Below are positions 7,806 to 15,498 of a stretch of DNA of 32,971 bases, one piece after another. The stretch comes from a virus (Duplodnaviria > Heunggongvirae > Uroviricota > Caudoviricetes): IMG/VR virus record IMGVR_UViG_2563366843_000007; one strand, written 5' to 3'. The number at the start of each line of letters is the position of its first letter. Position 1 is the first letter of the stretch. The position numbers and the translations under genes are program-made. Below the pieces are notes generated by a model. The model did not search any database, had not been told where the DNA came from, and saw only the letters and a program-made list of their open reading frames with translations.

Positions 7806-8753
7806 ATGAGCAGCAAGCTTCATGGTCTTGTCTGGGAAGGGTGCGCCTTCACCGGCATGATCTTATCCAGGGTGGCAGTAATGGCTCGCCTTGCAGATTA
7901 CAGCAATGACGAAGGTGTGTCATGGCCTGCAGTGGAGACCATTCGTCGTCAGATTGGGGCAAAGAGTGAATCAACGGTTAAAGCTGCGATAGCGGAACTG
8001 GAAAAGAACGGCTGGCTGACGAAGGAGGAACGTAAGGTCGGTGGGCGTAATGTAAGCAATATCTACCGTCTTAATGTGGAAAAACTAGAAGCAGCAGCAG
8101 CGGCGGCGCGTGAGGCATATAAACCGAAAAGAAAAATTAGCCAGGCAAAAAATGACCCGTCAAATATTGCCCCCTCAACGGTTGACCCCTCAAATTTTGA
8201 TGGATCAACCATTGATAAAAAACAACCTGATAGGGGGGCGATGGTTGGCCCCGATCCGTCAGTATTAAAACCTGATCCGTCAGATAAAAGATCTTTTCGT
8301 CCGGAAGCTTCGCAACCGGACTCGCAGACGACTGAACAGGATTTTTTAACCCGACACCCTGACGCGGTTGTGTTCAGTGCGAAAAAACGCCAGTGGGGCA
8401 GCCAGGAAGATTTAGCGTGTGCGCAGTGGATCTGGGGACGAATCGTGAGTCTTTACGAGCAGGCTGCCAGCGATGATGGCGAAATCATGCGACCGAAAGA
8501 ACCAAACTGGACTGCATGGGCCAATGATGTGCGCACAATGCGGATGCTGGATGGCAGAACTCACAGACAAATTTGCGAAATGTTTGGTCGGGCACAGCGG
8601 GATCCATTCTGGGTAAAAAACGTCATGAGCCCGTCAAAGCTTCGCGAAAAATGGGATGAGCTGGTTATTCGTCTGGGGCGTTCGCCTGTACAGCGTTGCG
8701 TGAATCACATTTCTGAACCGGATACCGAAATTCCGCCGGGCTTCAGGGGGTAA
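7806..8753 (+). CDS. Replication initiation protein (O-like; N-terminal HTH, C-terminal DnaT-like domain)
   Basis: 315-aa ORF; N-terminal winged-helix region; a repeat-encoded linker (DPSNIAPSTVDPSNF...PDPSVLKPDPSDK); C-terminal region typical of DnaT-like initiator domains. Confidence 0.75.
   Translation: MSSKLHGLVWEGCAFTGMILSRVAVMARLADYSNDEGVSWPAVETIRRQIGAKSESTVKAAIAELEKNGWLTKEERKVGGRNVSNIYRLNVEKLEAAAAAAREAYKPKRKISQAKNDPSNIAPSTVDPSNFDGSTIDKKQPDRGAMVGPDPSVLKPDPSDKRSFRPEASQPDSQTTEQDFLTRHPDAVVFSAKKRQWGSQEDLACAQWIWGRIVSLYEQAASDDGEIMRPKEPNWTAWANDVRTMRMLDGRTHRQICEMFGRAQRDPFWVKNVMSPSKLREKWDELVIRLGRSPVQRCVNHISEPDTEIPPGFRG
8153..8287. repeat. Iteron-like direct repeats (candidate ori) within the O-like gene
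   Basis: Core GAYCCNTCA repeated at 8154, 8184, 8253 and 8274 with 21-30 bp spacing, plus a degenerate copy near 8203 and an A/T-rich flank. Confidence 0.5.
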
Positions 8754-8793
8754 GTGTTTATTTCAGATCATGAGGTAATTTTCAGGAGGACTT

Positions 8794-9210
8794 GTGGCAA
8801 AAGTTTTTACTTCCGAACAGCGGGAAGAAGTGAAGGCGCGCATTGTGGAACTGGTACGCAGAGATGGTCGGAAAACGCGTAAACAACTGGAAAATGAAAT
8901 TGGGGTGACGAGACATCTGATAGAAGTTCTGACGAAAGAGCTGGTAGCCAGTGGTGTTGTATATGGTTCAGGGTATGGAATATTCCCTTCAGCGCAGGCG
9001 CGTAAGGACTGGATAAAAGCCATCGAAAAGATGTCGAAAGCGGCGGTGAAGAAAAAGAGCGATCCTGACCTGATTTATTCATTACCAGATGGAGAGATAC
9101 GCCGCTACGACAGACACCTGAACATAATCTGTCGCGAGTGCCGGAAGAGTGAGGTTATGCAGCGAGTGCTGGCGTTTTATCAGGGGAAATTTCAGGAGGT
9201 GATGCTGTGA
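8794..9210 (+). CDS. Hypothetical protein (138 aa), possible winged-helix protein of the replication module
   Basis: GTG start 4 nt after a GGAGG core; occupies the position of a P/DnaC-type helicase loader but has no ATPase motifs. Confidence 0.5.
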   Translation: MAKVFTSEQREEVKARIVELVRRDGRKTRKQLENEIGVTRHLIEVLTKELVASGVVYGSGYGIFPSAQARKDWIKAIEKMSKAAVKKKSDPDLIYSLPDGEIRRYDRHLNIICRECRKSEVMQRVLAFYQGKFQEVML

Positions 9211-9473
9211 GCGAATCAAAATGTCAGGTTAATGGCAATCAGATAGAACCATGTGCGGCACTGGCAAAAGCCCTTGAGCATGATGCTGAATACACGACGC
9301 GAAAAGGTCTGCTGATATACAAAATCTGGAATGAGAATTTAACTCGCGCCCCTGATTTGGTGATGTTGCGTTCCGGTGAATTTTCTAAATCACCTATTCG
9401 AGTCTCATTTTGCCCGTTCTGTGGTGAAAGTCTGAAAACATGGAAAAAGGAGACAACCAGTGAGCAAGATTGA
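9207..9473 (+). CDS. Hypothetical protein (88 aa) with putative Cys4 zinc-ribbon
   Basis: GTG start with AGGAGG at 7-nt spacing, overlapping the upstream stop; Cys pairs CQVNGNQIEPC and CPFCG. Confidence 0.45.
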   Translation: MSESKCQVNGNQIEPCAALAKALEHDAEYTTRKGLLIYKIWNENLTRAPDLVMLRSGEFSKSPIRVSFCPFCGESLKTWKKETTSEQD

Positions 9474-9984
9474 CTATCAGGCACTGCGTGGGGCGGCAGA
9501 AGCAATAAAAATAGCAGCCACACCACAAAAATTTCTGGCATTTCGTATGAAAGCCACACCTCAGGTTGTGCTGGAACTGCTGGATGAACTGGAAATTAAA
9601 AGCAAACGAATTAACGAGTTAATCAAGGGGGGGGAAAACGCCAAATACGTGACAGAAATTTTCCGACTTGAGAAAGAACGCATGACGCTGGCGGCGGAGA
9701 ATGCGCGGCTGAATAAATTTATCGTACAGAGTTGCTATGTGTTTAATGGCGAGCAGGATGAAATATCTGATGCGTATATCTGCGCAACAGACGGAGGTAT
9801 GCCGCAAACCCAGGCTACAGATGCTTTCCTGGCTGATGTACGGGCGGTGGCGTTTAACGAGCTTCGCGCGGCGTTTGTCAGGCACGCAAAAGTTGCAGGA
9901 CTGGATGATGCCGATACCGTAACGCTTAAGGAAGTGACAGAAGCATTATTGCATTGTGCGGAACAGATTCGCGCGCCTGAATAA
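9460..9984 (+). CDS. Ead/Ea22-like protein
   Basis: 174-aa ORF, GTG start with AGGAG Shine-Dalgarno; charged helix-rich sequence typical of lambdoid early-region Ea22-like proteins. Confidence 0.45.
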   Translation: MSKIDYQALRGAAEAIKIAATPQKFLAFRMKATPQVVLELLDELEIKSKRINELIKGGENAKYVTEIFRLEKERMTLAAENARLNKFIVQSCYVFNGEQDEISDAYICATDGGMPQTQATDAFLADVRAVAFNELRAAFVRHAKVAGLDDADTVTLKEVTEALLHCAEQIRAPE

Positions 9985-10078
9985 TTAAATTTAGTGTTGT
10001 AAATAAAATTTAATCCTTAACCGGAGGGATTCCTTCACCCTCAAATCATCAGGAGGCCGCCCGAAAGGGCGGTAATGA

Positions 10079-10297
10079 ATGGTCACATTATTTAGAAAAA
10101 AATATCCGCGAAAGAGTAGAACAACAGAATTTCTGTTTCTCATTCTGTTTATCGTGTTGATGATACCGATATCCCCGCTAATTTTTGTCTGGACAATCGG
10201 GAAAATAATTGAGCCAGTTATTGAATTGTATAACGACGTGGTGTGGGCGTCGTTCAACACACTGCACAATAAAATTAATCCGTATAAGGAAAGCTGA
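10079..10297 (+). CDS. Small membrane protein (72 aa)
   Basis: Hydrophobic segment FLFLILFIVLMIPISPLIFVWTIG; AT-rich; stop lies 1 nt before the HNH gene start. Confidence 0.4.
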   Translation: MVTLFRKKYPRKSRTTEFLFLILFIVLMIPISPLIFVWTIGKIIEPVIELYNDVVWASFNTLHNKINPYKES

Positions 10298-10298
10298 T

Positions 10299-10664
10299 AT
10301 GGCACTGACGAAAAAACAACGTGCAGAGCTGCGCATGAAGTTCGGCGGTCGCTGTGCTTATTGCGGCTGCGAACTTGGCGAAAAGTGGCATGCAGACCAT
10401 GTAAAACCGGTCATTCGTTTTGCTGGAAATATGCTTCACCAGGAACGTGACGATATATCCAACATGGTTCCGGCATGCCACCCATGCAATCTGCACAAGC
10501 ATTGCAGCAGCCTGGAAGATTATCGGCGAATTATCAGTGATGGTCGTCGTGAATTCCTTGCGTCCGGGAAAGGCAAAGTGCTGGTTCGTATGGGATTGGT
10601 TGAAATGAAACCTGACCCGGTTGTGTTCTGGTTTGAAAAATATCAAGAAGGGGCTACAGCATGA
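10299..10664 (+). CDS. HNH endonuclease
   Basis: 121-aa product from the internal ATG with AAGGA Shine-Dalgarno; HNH/zinc motif CAYCGC...HADH...N...CHPCNLHKH. Confidence 0.75.
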   Translation: MALTKKQRAELRMKFGGRCAYCGCELGEKWHADHVKPVIRFAGNMLHQERDDISNMVPACHPCNLHKHCSSLEDYRRIISDGRREFLASGKGKVLVRMGLVEMKPDPVVFWFEKYQEGATA

Positions 10665-11260
10665 CCACTTTTACCAATAGCAAACTAACAGACGAATACG
10701 TTTCAAATGCAACGTTGATTCGGCTCATTCTGTGGGCTGACCAGCACAATAGTCATTATGTTGCAGCGGCTCTGCGCGAGCTACAGGAGCGCCGCAAGGC
10801 TGATAGTGTGCCTGTAGAAATCAACGACGACATGGCTTACGCATTCCATCGCGCACTGTCAGATTCATCGCCAGGTGCTGATGAGGTAGAGGAAATTAAG
10901 GCCGGGTTGCGTGCAGCCTTTGCCAATGTCACCACCCAACCAGCACCAGTAGTGCCGGAATTTGAAACATGGTTTAACAGCCAGGAGTCAGGGAGGAGTA
11001 TATGCAGCACACAGATTCGTCGTTCCCTTCAGGAAATTTCATGGAACGCCTGCTGCGCCGCCATGCTTCAGGGGAAAGGCGATGGTATCCTCACCAATGA
11101 GGATACCAAAGGGGACGTTCAGGTACGGGAATTAACAATGCTGATTAAACAACTGGTTAGCCAATTGAGGAAAGCGAAGCCGGACTGCAAATTACCGGAG
11201 AAGGCGATGGTCTACCTGAAGCGAAACGGACTGATAAGCGCGGAGGATATTTTACGATGA
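10661..11260 (+). CDS. Hypothetical protein (199 aa), lambdoid early-region family
   Basis: ATG overlaps the HNH stop (ATGA); no catalytic motifs recognised. Confidence 0.55.
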   Translation: MTTFTNSKLTDEYVSNATLIRLILWADQHNSHYVAAALRELQERRKADSVPVEINDDMAYAFHRALSDSSPGADEVEEIKAGLRAAFANVTTQPAPVVPEFETWFNSQESGRSICSTQIRRSLQEISWNACCAAMLQGKGDGILTNEDTKGDVQVRELTMLIKQLVSQLRKAKPDCKLPEKAMVYLKRNGLISAEDILR

Positions 11261-11340
11261 CCTGGCCTGAAGCATTCACAACGGTAGGAATTGCACTGGC
11301 GGTGGCGCTGGTTGTGTATTCGATTTGCCGTTGGGGATAA
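11257..11340 (+). CDS. Putative 27-aa hydrophobic peptide
   Basis: MTWPEAFTTVGIALAVALVVYSICRWG; ATG overlaps the upstream stop (ATGA); single predicted transmembrane helix. Below the ORF track cutoff. Confidence 0.3.
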   Translation: MTWPEAFTTVGIALAVALVVYSICRWG

Positions 11341-11551
11341 AAACGGTTTGCGGGAAAAGGAGAGTTAAGTAGAATTGCAGCGGGTGCTTGAGGCTATCTG
11401 TCTCAGGCATGAACACCAAAAGGCAGATAGAGAAAAGCCCCAGTTAACATTACGCGTCCGGCAAGACGCTTAACATTAATCTGAGGCTCAATCTATGAAC
11501 GGCAAATCTAGGTTAGCCTCTTACGTGCCGAAAGGCAAGGAGAAGCAGGCT
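11341..11551. promoter_or_regulatory. hok mRNA leader region (possible mok-like upstream start and antisense Sok-like RNA)
   Basis: Structured leader upstream of hok; an in-frame upstream ATG at 11495 with GAGG; inverted repeat CTATCTG...CAGATAG at 11395-11439. Confidence 0.35.
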
Positions 11552-11707
11552 ATGAAGCAGCAAAAGGCGATGTTAATCGCCCTGATCGTCATCTGTTTAA
11601 CCGTCATAGTGACGGCACTGGTAACGAGGAAAGACCTCTGCGAGGTACGAATCCGAACCGGCCAGACGGAGGTCGCTGTCTTCACAGCTTACGAACCTGA
11701 GGAGTAA
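11552..11707 (+). CDS. hokD: Hok/Gef-family type I toxin (HokD/RelF-like)
   Basis: 51-aa product MKQQKAMLIALIVICLTVIVTALVTRKDLCEVRIRTGQTEVAVFTAYEPEE, typical Hok transmembrane and periplasmic domains, essentially as I recall RelF/HokD; AAGGAG Shine-Dalgarno. Confidence 0.8.
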   Translation: MKQQKAMLIALIVICLTVIVTALVTRKDLCEVRIRTGQTEVAVFTAYEPEE

Positions 11708-11776
11708 GAGACCCGGCGGGGGAGAAATCCCTCGCCACCCCTGATGTGTCAGGCATCCTCAATGCACCCGCACTTA

Positions 11777-11804
11777 ACCCGCTTCGGCGGGTTTTGTTTT
11801 TTCT
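11777..11804 (+). terminator. Rho-independent terminator at the 3' end of the hok transcript
   Basis: ACCCGC-UUCG-GCGGGU hairpin followed by UUUUGUUUUUU. Confidence 0.65.
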
Positions 11805-11874
11805 GAGCATCCTGGTTTACAATCCACATGCCAGCCTGAACAACTGGCACCTGCTGCGCCAGCAGAGATAGCAG

Positions 11875-12147
11875 ATGGCGCACAAAACCAAATTTCACAA
11901 ATCTGATACCGACCTTACCATCCGGCACGGGCGGCGTTCACGCGCATTTAAAACCGACTGGTTCCAGCATGACCCCTGCACTGAAGAACAGGCCGAATGG
12001 CTGATTCAGAACTACCGCAGACGTGGCTATGAGTTTCAGAAAGACCTCAGTCTTGACTTCCGACACTGGATAATTTCCGTCAGGCTCCCCTATTCCGAAC
12101 GCCCACCACGCCCGTCCCGCACATTCCAGCAACGCATCTGGAGGTAA
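11875..12147 (+). CDS. Hypothetical Arg-rich protein (90 aa)
   Basis: ORF between hok and the DUF968 gene; weak Shine-Dalgarno; its 3' end carries the Shine-Dalgarno of the next gene. Confidence 0.35.
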   Translation: MAHKTKFHKSDTDLTIRHGRRSRAFKTDWFQHDPCTEEQAEWLIQNYRRRGYEFQKDLSLDFRHWIISVRLPYSERPPRPSRTFQQRIWR

Positions 12148-12148
12148 C

Positions 12149-13195
12149 GTGCGGGTATTACTTCGACCTGTTCCGGTACCGGAACTCGGGCTGGTGGTCC
12201 TTAAGCCGGGGCGTGAATCCATGCAGGTATTTCATAACCCTCGAGTGCTGGTGGAGCCTGAACCGAAAAGCATGCGCGGGCTGCCGTCCGGGGTCGTTCC
12301 TGCCGTTCGCCAGCCGCTGGTGGAAGACAAAACATTGCTGCCGTTTTTCAGTAACGCACGGGTGATTCGTGCTGCTGGTGGTGCTGGTGCATTGTCTGAC
12401 TGGCTGTTGCGCCATATTAAATCCTGCCAGTGGCCACACGGCGATTATCATCACAGCGAAACTGTCATTCACCGTTATGGTACCGGCGCGATGGTGTTGT
12501 GCTGGCACTGCGACAACCAGCTGCGTGACCAGACCTCAGAATCACTTGAGCAACTTGCTCAACAAAACCTGACAGCATGGATGATTGACGTCATCCGTCA
12601 CGCAATAAGCGGTGCGCAGGAGCGTGAATTATCGCTGGCTGAATTATCCTGGTGGGCTGTCTGCAATCAGGTGGCGGACGCACTACCGGAGGTAGTATTA
12701 CGTCGTTCTCTGGGGTTACGTGCGGAAAAAATTCGCTCGGTGTACCGCGAAAGCGACATCATACCGGGAGAGCAGACAGCCACCAGCATACTGAAGCAGC
12801 GCACAAAAAATCTTGCGCCGCTGCCTCACGCCCACCAGCAAAACCCGCCACAGGAAAAGACGGTGGTCAGTATTGCCGTTGATCCGGAGTCTCCTGAATC
12901 TTTCATGAAGCGGCCTAAACGTCGCCGTTGGGTGAATGAGAAATACACGCGTTGGGTAAAGACACAGCCGTGTGCGTGTTGTGGTAAGCCAGCCGACGAT
13001 CCCCATCACCTGATTGGTCACGGTCAGGGAGGGATGGGGACAAAAGCCCACGATATTTTCACGCTACCGCTGTGCCGGGAGCATCACAATGAACTTCATG
13101 CTGATCCGCTGACATTTGAAGAAAAGCATGGTTCCCAGATTGATTTAATTTTTCGTTTTCTTGATCACGCCTTTGCAACCGGCGTGCTCGGGTAA
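12149..13195 (+). CDS. DUF968-family protein (YdfU-like) with C-terminal HNH-like Cys/His motif
   Basis: 348-aa ORF, GTG start 4 nt after GGAGG; C-terminal CACCGK...DPHHLIGHGQGGMGTKAHD...CREHHNELH motif as in lambdoid DUF968 proteins. Confidence 0.65.
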   Translation: MRVLLRPVPVPELGLVVLKPGRESMQVFHNPRVLVEPEPKSMRGLPSGVVPAVRQPLVEDKTLLPFFSNARVIRAAGGAGALSDWLLRHIKSCQWPHGDYHHSETVIHRYGTGAMVLCWHCDNQLRDQTSESLEQLAQQNLTAWMIDVIRHAISGAQERELSLAELSWWAVCNQVADALPEVVLRRSLGLRAEKIRSVYRESDIIPGEQTATSILKQRTKNLAPLPHAHQQNPPQEKTVVSIAVDPESPESFMKRPKRRRWVNEKYTRWVKTQPCACCGKPADDPHHLIGHGQGGMGTKAHDIFTLPLCREHHNELHADPLTFEEKHGSQIDLIFRFLDHAFATGVLG

Positions 13196-13207
13196 AAGAG
13201 GTTACTG

Positions 13208-13582
13208 ATGCGTATAGAGTTTGTTTTGCCTTACCCGCCAACGGTAAACACCTACTGGCGACGTCGTGGCAGCACATATTTTGTATCAAAAGCCGGTGAG
13301 CGTTATCGCCGTGATGTGGCGCTCATTGTTCGCCAGCAGCGGCTGAAATTAAACCTGTCCGGAAGGCTGGCGATAAAGATCATTGCAGAGCCGCCGGATA
13401 AGCGCCGTCGTGACCTGGACAATATTCTGAAAGCACCACTGGATGCACTGACACATGCGGGGTTGCTTATCGACGACGAGCAGTTTGATGAAATCAATAT
13501 TGTGCGCGGTCAGGTCGTTCCCGGTGGGCGGCTGGGCGTGAAAATTTACGAAATAATGCATGACGGGCAGGTCAAAAAATGA
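13208..13582 (+). CDS. rusA: Holliday junction resolvase RusA
   Basis: 124-aa ORF with RusA signature (PPTVNTYW, RRRDLDNILKAPLDAL, DDEQ); AGAGG Shine-Dalgarno. Confidence 0.85.
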   Translation: MRIEFVLPYPPTVNTYWRRRGSTYFVSKAGERYRRDVALIVRQQRLKLNLSGRLAIKIIAEPPDKRRRDLDNILKAPLDALTHAGLLIDDEQFDEINIVRGQVVPGGRLGVKIYEIMHDGQVKK

Positions 13583-14400
13583 AGCTGGAAGATTTACCGA
13601 AATACTATTCCCCGAAATCGCCTGGCCTGACCGATGCGTCCGCCTCGACATCAAAAGATGCGCTGAGCATCACTGATGTGATGGCTGCGCAGGGTATGAC
13701 ACAAAACCGGGCTGAGATGGGGTTTTCTGCGTTCCTAGGGAAAATGGGCATTAGTATGAATGACAGGGCGCGGGCAACAGAATTACTGGCAGATTATGCA
13801 TTAAGTCAGTGCGATCGCGTGGCGGCGTTAAGAAAACTTCCGGCAGAAATAAAACCGGCAGTGATGCGCATTATGGCTTCGTATGCTTTTGAGGATTATG
13901 CCCGCAGCGCAGCGAGTAAAAAGCAGTGCCCTTGTTGCCATGGGGAAAAATTTATTGAAAGCGTAGTTTTTACAAACAAGGTTCAGTATCCGGATGGCAA
14001 GCCGCCAGTATGGGCAAAGTGTACGAAAGGTGTGTATCCGTCTTACTGGGAAGAATGGAAAAAAATCCGGGAGGTGGTGAAAGTCTCCTGTCCTGAATGT
14101 AAAGGGAAGGGGGAGATTTCCACTGCCTGTAAAGACTGCCGTGGGCGTGGTGTCGCCATTCATCGTGAAGAGTCGGTAAAACGTGGTATGCCTGTTATCA
14201 GAGACTGCCAGCGTTGTGGTGGTCGTGGCTATGAAAGATTGCCGTCAACAGAGGCGTTTAATGCCATATGCAAAGTGACGAGCGCTATCACTCTTGATAC
14301 GTGGAAAAAATCAGTGAAGCGTTTTTACGATACGCTGGTGGTTCGGTTTGACATTGAAGAGTCATGGGCGGAGCGGCAGTTGAAGAGGGTAACGCGATAG
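13579..14400 (+). CDS. Late-gene antitermination protein Q (phage 21/82 Q family)
   Basis: 273-aa ORF overlapping the rusA stop (ATGA); multiple CxxC zinc motifs (CPCCHGEKF, CPECKGKG, CKDCRGRG, CQRCGGRG); directly upstream of a promoter-terminator unit and the lysis cassette. Confidence 0.85.
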   Translation: MKLEDLPKYYSPKSPGLTDASASTSKDALSITDVMAAQGMTQNRAEMGFSAFLGKMGISMNDRARATELLADYALSQCDRVAALRKLPAEIKPAVMRIMASYAFEDYARSAASKKQCPCCHGEKFIESVVFTNKVQYPDGKPPVWAKCTKGVYPSYWEEWKKIREVVKVSCPECKGKGEISTACKDCRGRGVAIHREESVKRGMPVIRDCQRCGGRGYERLPSTEAFNAICKVTSAITLDTWKKSVKRFYDTLVVRFDIEESWAERQLKRVTR

Positions 14401-14405
14401 TGTTG

Positions 14406-14434
14406 TTGATTTTTCCCGAATCTGTGGTAAATTT
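14406..14434 (+). promoter_or_regulatory. Candidate late promoter PR' (extended -10 type)
   Basis: TTGATT (14406-14411), 16-bp spacer, TGgTAAATT extended -10 (14425-14433), just downstream of Q. Confidence 0.4.
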
Positions 14435-14480
14435 GTCCTAACGATGGGCGTTTTATGCCTGACGTTAAAAGATTTTTTAC

Positions 14481-14506
14481 AACCCGCCGCCGTGCGGGTT
14501 TTTTTG
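14481..14506 (+). terminator. Rho-independent terminator, tR'-like (Q antitermination target)
   Basis: CCCGC-CGCCGU-GCGGG hairpin followed by UUUUUUU, ~70 nt downstream of the candidate PR'. Confidence 0.65.
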
Positions 14507-14785
14507 TCTGCACAACAGGTAAGAGCACTGAACCCGCAGACCTCGCGGAATTGGTGAAAGGTGCCGCGCAGTGCTCTTTCCGTTGTGCTGAATTAAGCGA
14601 ATGCCGGAAGCAGAACCGGATTACCAAATGCGCACGGGCGTCATCGCCGCCCAGTAACAGCACAACCCTAACTGAGCCGTAGCCACTGGCTGTCCTGAAC
14701 TCATCAGTGACAGTTATGCTGCGGCCTTCTTTTTTCCCTTCCCGATATAAGAATTACGCCATCCGTTCCGTGCGGAGGTGAGGCT

Positions 14786-15001
14786 ATGAAATCCATGGAT
14801 AAAATTTCAACGGGCATTGCCTACGGCACCTCCGCAGGCAGTGCTGGCTACTGGTTTTTACAGTGGCTTGATCAGGTCAGTCCGTCACAGTGGGCTGCGA
14901 TTGGTGTACTGGGGAGTCTGGTTCTGGGCTTCCTGACTTATCTGACAAATCTGTACTTCAAAATCAGAGAAGACAGAAGAAAGGCTGCGAGAGGTGAATA
15001 A
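14786..15001 (+). CDS. Pinholin S21-type holin with dual-start motif
   Basis: 71-aa [30 protein letters not shown]... with Met1-Lys2-Ser3-Met4 dual start and two transmembrane segments, essentially as I recall phage 21 S21; GGAGGTGAGG Shine-Dalgarno. Confidence 0.9.
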   Translation: MKSMDKISTGIAYGTSAGSAGYWFLQWLDQVSPSQWAAIGVLGSLVLGFLTYLTNLYFKIREDRRKAARGE

Positions 15002-15498
15002 TGCCTCCATCATTACGCAAGGCTGTTGCAGCTGCTATTGGTGGCGGGGCTATTGCCATAGCGTCTGTGCTCATCACTGGTCCAAGTGGTAACGATGGTC
15101 TGGAAGGTGTCAGCTACATACCATACAAAGATATCGTTGGTGTATGGACTGTATGTCACGGGCATACAGGAAAAGACATCATTCCCGGTAAAACGTATAC
15201 CGAAGCAGAATGCAAAGCCCTCCTGAATAAAGACCTTGCCACGGTCGCCAGACAAATTAACCCGTACATCAAAGTCGATATACCGGAAACAACGCGCGGC
15301 GCTCTTTACTCGTTCGTTTACAACGTGGGCGCTGGTAATTTCAGAACATCGACGCTTCTTCGCAAAATAAACCAGGGCGATATCAAAGGCGCATGTGATC
15401 AGCTACGGCGCTGGACATACGCTGGCGGTAAGCAATGGAAAGGGCTGATGACTCGCCGTGAGATTGAGCGTGAAGTCTGTTTATGGGGGCAACAATGA
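15001..15498 (+). CDS. SAR endolysin (lysozyme with N-terminal signal-anchor-release domain)
   Basis: 165-aa ORF; Gly/Ala-rich N-terminal SAR segment [20 protein letters not shown] followed by a lysozyme domain; start overlaps the holin stop (TAATG). Confidence 0.9.
   Translation: MPPSLRKAVAAAIGGGAIAIASVLITGPSGNDGLEGVSYIPYKDIVGVWTVCHGHTGKDIIPGKTYTEAECKALLNKDLATVARQINPYIKVDIPETTRGALYSFVYNVGAGNFRTSTLLRKINQGDIKGACDQLRRWTYAGGKQWKGLMTRREIEREVCLWGQQ

Noticed and set aside
11495-11707. 70-aa extended form of the Hok toxin starting at the upstream in-frame ATG
   Set aside because: Hok-family toxins are ~50 aa and the internal ATG at 11552 has a strong AAGGAG site. The upstream start is kept only as a possible mok-like element in the findings.
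14455-14682. 75-aa plus-strand ORF downstream of Q
   Set aside because: It spans the tR'-like terminator hairpin and structured leader, has no ribosome-binding site, and has Arg/Cys-rich composition; more likely non-coding leader.
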